From NCBI GenBank assembly GCA_034428715.1, contig DAOUHE010000178.1, positions 27,365 to 91,364 of the forward strand: 64,000 nt of DNA. The letters run 5' to 3'. Of this stretch, positions 56,446 through 64,000 are shown piece after piece. The notes beneath the pieces are model-generated. The model worked only from the letters and a program-made list of their open reading frames with translations, did not search any database and was not told where the DNA came from. Each line of letters starts with the position of its first letter. Within the stretch, counting starts at the first letter, position 1. A program made the position numbers and the translations under genes. The stretch is from Dehalococcoidia bacterium (GTDB lineage Bacteria > Chloroflexota > Dehalococcoidia > Lucifugimonadales > UBA3495).

Positions 56446-57198
56446 TTGCGCGCCCTGATTCTGGCCGATATACACGCTAATCTGGAGGCCTTGACCGCGG
56501 TGATTGCCGACGCCCGGGCGAAAGGCGGCTTTGACGCCATTTGGTGCCTGGGAGACACTGTTGGCTACGGGCCTGACCCCAACCGTTGTCTGGAGATCAT
56601 CCAGGAACACCCCCTGGTTGCCGTGGCCGGGAACCACGATTTTGCTGCAGTGAGTAAACGCGGCACCGACGATTTTAACTACGCTGCCAAAGCATCGGCA
56701 GAGTGGACCCAAGGCCAACTTTCCGGCGAGGCGGCCCGGTTTATACAAGACCTTCCACTTTTGGCCATCACCGAGCCGTTTACATTGGTCCACGGAACAC
56801 TGCGGGATCCTTTATCCGAGTACCTTGTGGACCAGGAATCGGCCTCGGCGAATCTGGAGATGATGGCGACCAACTACTGCTTGGTGGGTCACTCCCACAT
56901 GCCCTTCATCTGCTCGGAAGTCGATCCGGAGGCCGAAGGTGAAAGAAAATACCCGGAATTTTTCGAGTTTACCGAAGGCCGGCCATTTCCGTTGGAGGAA
57001 GAACGTTGCATATTCAATCCGGGGGGCGTGGGCCAGCCGCGAGACCGCGATCCCAGGTCTAGTTATGCCGTATACGATAGCCAAGAGGGAGTGATCCGGC
57101 GTCACCGTGTGGCGTATGAGATCGGAATAACCCAAAAAAAGATACGGGAGGCTGGCCTGCCCGAATACCTAGCCGAAAGGTTGAGCCACGGCCGCTGA
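56446..57198 (+). CDS. Metallophosphoesterase (YfcE/MJ0936-like).
   Basis: Motifs LILADIHAN, CLGDTVGYGPDP, GNHD and GHSH. TTG start. Confidence 0.85.
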   Translation: MRALILADIHANLEALTAVIADARAKGGFDAIWCLGDTVGYGPDPNRCLEIIQEHPLVAVAGNHDFAAVSKRGTDDFNYAAKASAEWTQGQLSGEAARFIQDLPLLAITEPFTLVHGTLRDPLSEYLVDQESASANLEMMATNYCLVGHSHMPFICSEVDPEAEGERKYPEFFEFTEGRPFPLEEERCIFNPGGVGQPRDRDPRSSYAVYDSQEGVIRRHRVAYEIGITQKKIREAGLPEYLAERLSHGR

Positions 57199-57286
57199 AG
57201 GCGGCGGAGATCGAGTTGCTCATTGACAATCCAACTTGTTTCTTGGTAGTTTCAAGTGAGACCACCGTATACACACCACCAACCTT

Positions 57287-57362
<76 letters not shown>

Positions 57363-57678
57363 TCTATCGCTGCGCCTACCCCGGCTTTCCCAGTCACCTA
57401 ATCTTTTTCAACATCGACTACCGCCATGGCTAAACGCCGCGGGTCAAAGCAGCGGGTGCATACGAAATGGCGGAAAAAATAAAGTATGAAAAGTATGATA
57501 TGTAGCGGATGGCAGTATTTGGGAATGACTGGGTGGACAAGCCAATAAATTGCCAGATATAATACCTCGACCTGCTTGCAAGGCTCTAAAGGGTTGATTT
57601 GAACGCGGGTTGCTCGCTGCATTACGATGAAATCGGGCTGAAATCCGGTCGGATGAACCCTAAGTCCAGCGCCGGATC

Positions 57679-57763
57679 GGGGAAGTGTCGGAACTGGTAG
57701 ACGAGCATGACTTAGGATCATGTGCTGCAAGGCGTGGGAGTTCGAGTCTCCCCTTCCCCACCA
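57679..57763 (+). tRNA. tRNA-Leu (anticodon UAG), class II with a long variable arm and an encoded CCA end.
   Basis: Acceptor GGGGAAG/CUUCCCC, anticodon stem CAUGA/UCAUG with loop CUUAGGA, a 13-nt variable arm, and T arm GGGAG-UUCGAGU-CUCCC. 85 nt. Confidence 0.92.
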
Positions 57764-57894
57764 GCTGAAATTGGCGATTCAAGGAAATTGGCAACCGAAT
57801 TGAAGTTGAAAGGGATCATGGCAAGGTATGATCCCAAAAAGGTTTATCGACGGATAGTCTAGGAAACCGAGGAGTTTAAGGCTGAGGAGGCCCA

Positions 57895-58911
57895 TTGGCG
57901 ACGCTGCTGCAAGTAAACGGCCTGAAGACCCATTTCTATACATTTGAAGGCACCGTCAAAGCGGTAGACGGTATCACCTACGATCTGGACGAAGGGGAAA
58001 CGCTTGGCTTGGTGGGTGAAAGCGGTTGTGGAAAAAGCGTCAGCGCCCTTTCATTGATGCGGTTGATTCCCGACCCGCCAGGAAAAACGATTGAAGGCGA
58101 GGTCTTCTTCAACGGAGAAGACCTTCTGAAGATTGATATGGACGATATGCGCCGCATCCGGGGCGGCAGCATGTCTATGGTGTTCCAGGAGCCAATGACC
58201 TCGTTGAACCCGGTTTTGACCATCGAAAAGCAACTAACGGAAACGTTGCAGTTGCACATGGGCATGGCCTCTCAGGAATCCAAGACGGCCGCCGCGGGTC
58301 TGCTGGAAAGGGTTGGGATACCCGATCCGGAGCGCCGGGTCAAACAATACCCGCACCAGTTCAGCGGCGGAATGCGGCAAAGAGTGATGATCGCCATGGC
58401 CCTGAGTTGCAATCCCAAACTGATCATTGCCGACGAGCCGACCACCGCCCTGGACGTGACCATTCAGGCCCAGATCTTGGAACTGATGAAATCGTTGACC
58501 TCCGAATTCGGCGTGGCCTTGATCGTGATCACCCACAACCTGGGGGTGGTGGCCAGATACGCCGACCGGGTCAACATTATGTACGCGGGCAAGATAATCG
58601 AGCGGGGCTCGGCCCGGGAGATCTACGCCAATCCCCGGCACCCATACACCATCGGTTTGCTAAACTCGGTGCCTCGCTTGGACCTGCCCAGACGAGCCAA
58701 ATTGGAGCCCATCGAGGGTCAACCTCCCGACCTGATCAACGTTCCCGATGGATGCGCCTTCCGGGCCCGGTGCCGCTTCGCCATAGACAAGTGCGCGACC
58801 GAAACCCCTCCGTTGACCACTCTTACGGAAGGACACTTGACAGCTTGTTGGAGGTCTGAAGAATTGGGCGATGCCGCGCTATTGGCGGCGGGCAAGGCAA
58901 CCAGCGAATAA
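57895..58911 (+). CDS. Oligopeptide/dipeptide ABC transporter ATP-binding protein (OppD/DppD type).
   Basis: Walker A GESGCGKS, signature FSGGMRQR, Walker [13 protein letters not shown], and a C-terminal Cys-rich oligopeptide-transporter extension. TTG start after GAGGAGG. Confidence 0.9.
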   Translation: MATLLQVNGLKTHFYTFEGTVKAVDGITYDLDEGETLGLVGESGCGKSVSALSLMRLIPDPPGKTIEGEVFFNGEDLLKIDMDDMRRIRGGSMSMVFQEPMTSLNPVLTIEKQLTETLQLHMGMASQESKTAAAGLLERVGIPDPERRVKQYPHQFSGGMRQRVMIAMALSCNPKLIIADEPTTALDVTIQAQILELMKSLTSEFGVALIVITHNLGVVARYADRVNIMYAGKIIERGSAREIYANPRHPYTIGLLNSVPRLDLPRRAKLEPIEGQPPDLINVPDGCAFRARCRFAIDKCATETPPLTTLTEGHLTACWRSEELGDAALLAAGKATSE

Positions 58912-59000
58912 ACCAGCCAACGCCCCGAGGAAGATAAGGGCTCGCCGTTGACCGATGGCTCGCTAAACAGGCATATCTAGTTGATGGAGATCGGTAAATT

Positions 59001-60044
59001 ATGACGACAATGCCAGATACACAGGCCGCGGGTAGCGCCCCTGGAGCAGACAGCGACATCATTCTAGATGTCAGAGACCTGAAGATGCACTTCCCGGTGA
59101 CATCGGGAATTATACTGCAGCGCACCGTGGCCCAGATCAAGGCGGTGGACGGCATCACCTTCCAAGTGAAACGGGGTGAGACCTTCGGCTTGGTTGGTGA
59201 GAGCGGTTGCGGCAAGACCACCACCGGCCGGTGCATACTCCAGCTATACAAACCCACCGCGGGGCAGATATTCTTCGATGGCGAGGAACTTTCGACCCTG
59301 TCTAACCGGCAAATGCGCGCCAAGCGCCGGGAGATGCAGGTGATATTCCAGGACCCGTACAGTTCTCTCAACCCACGGATGACGGCCGGCAACATCATCG
59401 GCGAGCCCCTCATCGTTCACGGATTGGTTGAAAACAAGACCGAATACCGTGAGCGGGTAGGCGAACTTTTACAGAACGTGGGATTGAATCCCTACATGGC
59501 CGACCGTTTCCCCCACGAGTTTAGCGGCGGACAGCGCCAGCGTATCGGGGTGGCCCGTGCCTTGTCGGTGAGCCCGAAATTCATCGTGGCCGACGAGCCG
59601 GTATCCGCCTTGGATGTGTCGATTCAAGCGCAGATCATCAACCTTTTGGAAGAGCTGCAAGAGCAGTTTGGCTTGACGTTCCTTTTCATCGCCCATGACC
59701 TGTCGGTGGTGCGCCACATCAGCGACCGGGTTGGGGTAATGTACCTGGGTCACTTGGTGGAGTTGGCCGACCGCAATGAGATCTACGTCAATCCTTTGCA
59801 CCCCTACACCAAAGCCCTACTCTCGGCGGTGCCGATTCCCGACCCAGTGCTGGACTCCCAACGGGAAAGGGTACTCCTAACCGGCGAGGTGCCCAGCCCA
59901 TTGAACCCCCCGCCTGGCTGTGTGTTTCATCCACGCTGCCCCATCGCCATCGACGACTGCAACCAGAATACTCCCGAACTACGGGAAGTGGAGCCGAACC
60001 ACTGGGCCAGTTGCCTCAGGGTGCCCGGATACGGTTCGTACTGA
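59001..60044 (+). CDS. Oligopeptide/dipeptide ABC transporter ATP-binding protein (OppF/DppF type).
   Basis: [29 protein letters not shown], and a C-terminal [12 protein letters not shown]. Confidence 0.9.
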   Translation: MTTMPDTQAAGSAPGADSDIILDVRDLKMHFPVTSGIILQRTVAQIKAVDGITFQVKRGETFGLVGESGCGKTTTGRCILQLYKPTAGQIFFDGEELSTLSNRQMRAKRREMQVIFQDPYSSLNPRMTAGNIIGEPLIVHGLVENKTEYRERVGELLQNVGLNPYMADRFPHEFSGGQRQRIGVARALSVSPKFIVADEPVSALDVSIQAQIINLLEELQEQFGLTFLFIAHDLSVVRHISDRVGVMYLGHLVELADRNEIYVNPLHPYTKALLSAVPIPDPVLDSQRERVLLTGEVPSPLNPPPGCVFHPRCPIAIDDCNQNTPELREVEPNHWASCLRVPGYGSY

Positions 60045-60096
60045 TCGAATAATTCCGGCCGGGAATACAACAATTCTCAACAATAGACCAAACGTG

Positions 60097-60124
60097 AAAG
60101 AGGCGGCAATTTAGCCGCCTCTTT
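60097..60124 (+). terminator. Intrinsic terminator-like hairpin after the ABC ATPase pair.
   Basis: AAAGAGGCGGC, loop AAUUUA, then GCCGCCUCUUU. This is an 11-bp stem followed by GCUUG. Confidence 0.5.
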
Positions 60125-60183
60125 GCTTGCCCGTGGCATTTGGTTTTCCGAGCCTCACATCGCCTTGTAGCTGCTTTAGGCCC

Positions 60184-62049
60184 ATGTTACCATTGAATTT
60201 AATGAACCCCGAATTTATCCGAAACTTCTGCATCATCGCCCACATAGACCACGGCAAATCCACCTTGGCCGACCGCTTTCTGGAAATCACCGGTACCGTC
60301 CGCTCCCAAGACATGAAGGCCCAGTTCATGGACCAGATGGAGTTGGAGCGGGAGCGGGGCATCACCATCAAAGGCAAGGCTGTGACCATGAGCCATCGGG
60401 CGCCCGATGGAAACGTGTACCAGCTAAACCTCATCGACACCCCCGGCCACGTCGATTTCAGCTATGAGGTCTCCAGAGCCCTGGCAGCCTGCGAAGGTGC
60501 GCTGTTGGTGGTCGACGCCAGTCAGGGGGTCGAAGCTCAAACGATTGCCAATACCCTTTTGGCGTTGCATTACGATCTTGAACTGATCCCAGTGGTCAAC
60601 AAGATAGATCTTCCCCAGGCCGAGCCTCAAAAAGTGGCGGCCCAGCTACAACAGATCTTCGGTTTCCATGAAGACGAGATATTGTTCGTTTCCGCTAAGG
60701 CCGGCAGCGGCGCCAGGGAACTACTTGACTCGGTGGTAACCCGGGTCCCACAGCCCAAGGGAGATCCGGATGCTCCTCTGCGCGCCCTAGTATTCGACTC
60801 AGTCTACGACCAATATAAAGGGATAATCGGCCACATTCGCGTCACCGACGGTTCCATCTCCAAAAATCAGCGCGTTCGTGTCATGTCGTCGTCCCGGGTG
60901 GCAGAGATCATGGAAGTGGGCGTCTTTGCCCCGTTTCACAAGCCAGTGGACGTGCTGTATGCGGGGCAGGTTGGTTACGTCGCTACGGGATTCAAGGACC
61001 TGAGCGAGTGTGGCGTGGGGGACACATTCACCGACAACGCCGGCCCGGCCGCCGAGCCCCTCCCGGGTTACGTTTCGATGAAATCGATGGTTTTCGCGGG
61101 GATGTACCCGTCGGACGGCGAAGATTACGGCAGGTTACGGGCTGCTCTGGACAAGTTGCAGTTGAACGACGCAGCGTTGACAATGGAGCCGGAAAATACC
61201 ACGGCTTTAGGGTTTGGTTTTCGGTGCGGGTTCCTGGGCCTGATGCATTTGGAGATCGTTCAGGAACGCCTCGAACGGGAATACGACCTCGACCTGGTCA
61301 TCACCGCGCCAGGAGTCGGCTATGAGGTGGTACTGACCAACGGCGAAACCGTTGTGATTGGCAACCCTTCCAATTTGCCCCCTCCCAATGAGGTTCAAGA
61401 GATACATGAACCCATGCTTGATGCCACCATCGTCGCCCCCGAGAGGTACGTCGGCGCGATCATGGAGCTGATGCACTCCCGCCGCACTGAATTCAAGCGA
61501 ATGGAATATATCCAGGGCCTTGCCGCGGGTGCGATCGAAGAAAAAGAGGGAGCCGGCACAACGCGGGTAGTGATGGAATATTCAATGCCCATGGTTGAGT
61601 TGCTGGTGGGTTTATTCGACCAATTGAAATCCAGAACTCAGGGATATGCGTCACTGGATTACACTTTCACGGGGTACAAACGGGCGCAACTGGTCAAAGT
61701 GGATATCTTGGTGAACCATCATCCGGTGGAAGCCTTATCAATGATCGCCCACAAGGACGTCGCGGAAGCCCAGGGCCGGGCCGTGGTTGCCGGCCTACGG
61801 ACGGCCATCCCCCGCCAACAGTTTGAAGTGCCGTTACAGGCAGCCATCGGCAGCCGAATCATCGCCAGGGAGACGGTGAGGGCACTGCGCAAAGACGTTC
61901 TGGCCAAATGCTATGGCGGCGACATCACCCGCAAACGTAAATTGCTGGAAAAGCAGAAAGAGGGCAAAAAGCGGCTGAAAATGGTGGGCAGGGTGGAGAT
62001 CCCCCAAGAGGCCTTTCTGACCCTGCTTAAGATGGGTGGAGACAACTGA
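60184..62049 (+). CDS. lepA: Elongation factor 4 (LepA).
   Basis: IRNFCIIAHIDHGKSTLADR, DTPGHVDF, NKIDL, and a C-terminal KRKLLEKQKEGKKRLK. Start at ATG 60184 or 60202. Confidence 0.95.
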   Translation: MLPLNLMNPEFIRNFCIIAHIDHGKSTLADRFLEITGTVRSQDMKAQFMDQMELERERGITIKGKAVTMSHRAPDGNVYQLNLIDTPGHVDFSYEVSRALAACEGALLVVDASQGVEAQTIANTLLALHYDLELIPVVNKIDLPQAEPQKVAAQLQQIFGFHEDEILFVSAKAGSGARELLDSVVTRVPQPKGDPDAPLRALVFDSVYDQYKGIIGHIRVTDGSISKNQRVRVMSSSRVAEIMEVGVFAPFHKPVDVLYAGQVGYVATGFKDLSECGVGDTFTDNAGPAAEPLPGYVSMKSMVFAGMYPSDGEDYGRLRAALDKLQLNDAALTMEPENTTALGFGFRCGFLGLMHLEIVQERLEREYDLDLVITAPGVGYEVVLTNGETVVIGNPSNLPPPNEVQEIHEPMLDATIVAPERYVGAIMELMHSRRTEFKRMEYIQGLAAGAIEEKEGAGTTRVVMEYSMPMVELLVGLFDQLKSRTQGYASLDYTFTGYKRAQLVKVDILVNHHPVEALSMIAHKDVAEAQGRAVVAGLRTAIPRQQFEVPLQAAIGSRIIARETVRALRKDVLAKCYGGDITRKRKLLEKQKEGKKRLKMVGRVEIPQEAFLTLLKMGGDN

Positions 62050-62104
62050 CGGTTTTTGTCCCTAATTAAAAGGCTGGAACGCTACGGTAATCTGACCTAG
62101 CCGC

Positions 62105-62596
62105 TTAAACGCCCAGGGAATCCCTCAGTTCCTGTAGTTGCTCGAAGTGCGCCGCCCAGTGGCCGCTAATACCCCTTTCTAGAATTTCTCCCGCCGTGCG
62201 TTCGTCATCGCTCCCCCGGCTAATGTTGTGTACCATGGCCCGCTTCTCGGTCAAGTCTTGGACGCTTGCGGCGGACAGCGTTTCGCTCAACCTGGAGAAA
62301 AACTCGTCGATATCTTTGAGCACCCGTTCTAGGTCAAATTCCTGCCGTTCCGGGGTAACGTTGTCCAGGTCGGCCCAAAGGTCATATTCGGTCAGGCCAC
62401 CGGAAATGATGCCTTCCACCACCGAGGCAAGTCCCCCCGGCGGGGGGTCCAGCAGGTGGTAGACAACCTGGCGAGCAGACCAGACCGACGGGTCTGGTTT
62501 CCAATCCAGGCAATAGTCCATGCCCTCCAGTGATTGGAGCAGCCTTTCCCGCGCATCGCGGATGGCCGTAAAATGGGGCTCTAATCTCGAATCCAA
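62105..62596 (-). CDS. DinB-family (DinB_2) four-helix-bundle protein.
   Basis: 163-aa ORF with WSARQVVYHLLD and later HWAAHFEQL, which are His-containing helices typical of the DinB superfamily. Confidence 0.65.
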   Translation of the reverse strand: MDSRLEPHFTAIRDARERLLQSLEGMDYCLDWKPDPSVWSARQVVYHLLDPPPGGLASVVEGIISGGLTEYDLWADLDNVTPERQEFDLERVLKDIDEFFSRLSETLSAASVQDLTEKRAMVHNISRGSDDERTAGEILERGISGHWAAHFEQLQELRDSLGV

Positions 62597-62624
62597 CCCA
62601 AGGCTCCCATAACGTCGTTGCCCA

Positions 62625-63095
62625 TCATGCCCCGGGTTTCAAGACCATCAGCACCAGGATCACTACCGGCAGCAGGGTGGCGATACCGCCCATCATGGCC
62701 CAGGTGCGGCTGGCCTTCCGGTAATCGGAGTCGGGTTGGCCGGCAGTGGCTTGGTCTCGGGCCAGGCGAGTCATGCGTTTTTGTAGCGGCGCCAACCCGA
62801 TGGCCCAGATGGCGCCGGTGAGGAGCAGCAAGACGAACGAACCTCCCAGCCACGGTTCTTGAAAACGTTCCCATCCGGTGATCCCCACCATCCATATGCC
62901 GGTGACCAGCAAACCCAGTATGCCGGGCATGGTGAAAGCCTTATCAGCCAGCTGCAGTGAACGGGACGTTTCGGCCATGAACTCCAGACTGCCCGATCTG
63001 TCGGCCCGTACTTTCCAGAAGGCGGCGGTAATGATGTTGCCCACGAATACCACGGCCGCCAAAATGTGAATCGCAAGAAGTATTCGCAACGTCAT
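62625..63095 (-). CDS. DUF2269-like four-TM membrane protein.
   Basis: 156-aa ORF with LLAIHILAAVVFVGNIITAAFW and three further TM segments. Confidence 0.55.
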   Translation of the reverse strand: MTLRILLAIHILAAVVFVGNIITAAFWKVRADRSGSLEFMAETSRSLQLADKAFTMPGILGLLVTGIWMVGITGWERFQEPWLGGSFVLLLLTGAIWAIGLAPLQKRMTRLARDQATAGQPDSDYRKASRTWAMMGGIATLLPVVILVLMVLKPGA

Positions 63096-63098
63096 CTC

Positions 63099-63977
63099 CT
63101 AACCGATATTTTCCAACATGGTTTTCACGGCTTGGCGGGTGTCCTCTCGGGCTAGGCCGAATTCCAGCGCCGCCCTCAATAATCCCAATGGGGTGCCGCC
63201 GTCGAACCTTCGGCCACGGAACTCATAGCAATATAGCTCGCACGATTCCAACAAAAGCAACATGCCGTCGGTTAGCTGAATCTCCCCCTTGGCGCCTGGC
63301 GGGGTGCGCTCCAAACACCCAAAAATCTCCGGCGGCAGCAGATACCGGCCCACGATGGTCAGATTTGACGGCGCGTCTTCCCTGGCGGGTTTTTCCACCA
63401 ACCCATGGATCCGGCCAACCCGCTCCGCCACTGAGGCGGCATCGACGACACCGTAGTTTTGGACCACGTCCCAGGGCATCGGCTCCACCGCCACCACGCC
63501 GCCGCCGTGACGCTGAAAGACTTCCAGCATCTGGGCGATGGCGCCGGTCGAGTTCTCCGCTATCTCTATGATGTCGTCGGGCAGGATGACCACGAACGGT
63601 TCATTCCCCACGGCGTCTTTGGCCATGAGAACGGCGTGGCCTAAACCAAGGGGGCGCTCCTGGATGACCGCCGAAACCTGGGCCAGGTTGGAAGCGTAGT
63701 TGACTTTAGACACTAAATCGGGTGCCCCGGAGGCTAGCAGATGTGATTCCAAACTTGGATCGGGTTGAAAGTAGCCGGCGATGGACTCTTTCCCCGGAGA
63801 CACCACCAGAATGATCTGCTCTATGCCGGCTTGGGAAGCCTCCTCCACCACGTACTGGAGCATGGGCTTGTCAAGGATGGGCAAAAGTTCCTTGGGCAAC
63901 GATTTGGTCACCGGCAAGAACCGGGTGCCCAAACCGGCGGCGGGAATCACTGCCTTGCGTACCTGCGCTTGCGCCAT
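63099..63977 (-). CDS. galU: UTP--glucose-1-phosphate uridylyltransferase.
   Basis: KAVIPAAGLGTRFLPVTKSLPKELLPI, VEKP, and the LTDG motif. Confidence 0.92.
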   Translation of the reverse strand: MAQAQVRKAVIPAAGLGTRFLPVTKSLPKELLPILDKPMLQYVVEEASQAGIEQIILVVSPGKESIAGYFQPDPSLESHLLASGAPDLVSKVNYASNLAQVSAVIQERPLGLGHAVLMAKDAVGNEPFVVILPDDIIEIAENSTGAIAQMLEVFQRHGGGVVAVEPMPWDVVQNYGVVDAASVAERVGRIHGLVEKPAREDAPSNLTIVGRYLLPPEIFGCLERTPPGAKGEIQLTDGMLLLLESCELYCYEFRGRRFDGGTPLGLLRAALEFGLAREDTRQAVKTMLENIG

Positions 63978-64000
63978 AAAGGCCTCCTGGAGTAGAGCAA

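Noticed and set aside
57398-57730. A 110-aa minus-strand ORF in the tRNA spacer.
   Set aside because: It overlaps tRNA-Leu, has no ribosome-binding site or recognisable domain, and has atypical composition. It is most likely non-coding.

Overview
This 64-kb chromosomal window comes from a moderately GC-rich bacterium. My by-eye lineage guess is Chloroflexota, possibly a SAR202-like or Dehalococcoidia-like marine lineage. The guess rests on a 1513-aa Chlor_Arch_YYY (DUF2298) membrane protein, an 11-gene nuo operon without nuoEFG, characteristic GC-rich REP-like palindromes, and many paralogous flavin/F420 oxidoreductases, alpha/beta hydrolases and MFS transporters.

Gene content:
- Housekeeping genes: nuoABCDHIJKLMN, eno, gap, pheA, leuS, gyrA, lepA, galU, tRNA-Lys(CUU) and tRNA-Leu(UAG).
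- A K+ uptake cluster: trkH plus three RCK/TrkA paralogs and a Usp gene.
- A roughly 15-kb accessory catabolic stretch (34.3-48.8 kb). It holds LLM oxidoreductases, a flavin reductase, hydrolases, an HpcH aldolase, a stand-alone molybdopterin hydroxylase large subunit and an MFS transporter.
- An xdhC-mocA molybdenum-cofactor maturation pair.

Most interesting non-standard signals:
1. Two diverged copies of a ~150-nt upstream cassette (82-265 and 2514-2680). They share blocks of near identity, a long-range CCUGG/CCAGG closing helix and the same start-codon context. I read this as a candidate undescribed cis-regulatory RNA in front of a flavin-reductase / CinA-like nucleotidyltransferase operon.
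2. A HicB-fold small ORF translationally coupled inside the nuo operon between nuoC and nuoD.
3. Four different REP-like repeat types occupying nuo intergenic gaps.
4. A tandem palindromic operator-like site immediately upstream of xdhC.
5. Two genes carrying precise single-base lesions: an FG-GAP/Ig-like secreted protein and a Nudix hydrolase.

I saw no CRISPR array, transposase, integrase, rRNA or recognisable defence system. All calls come from reading the sequence and the ORF translations. No database search was run.
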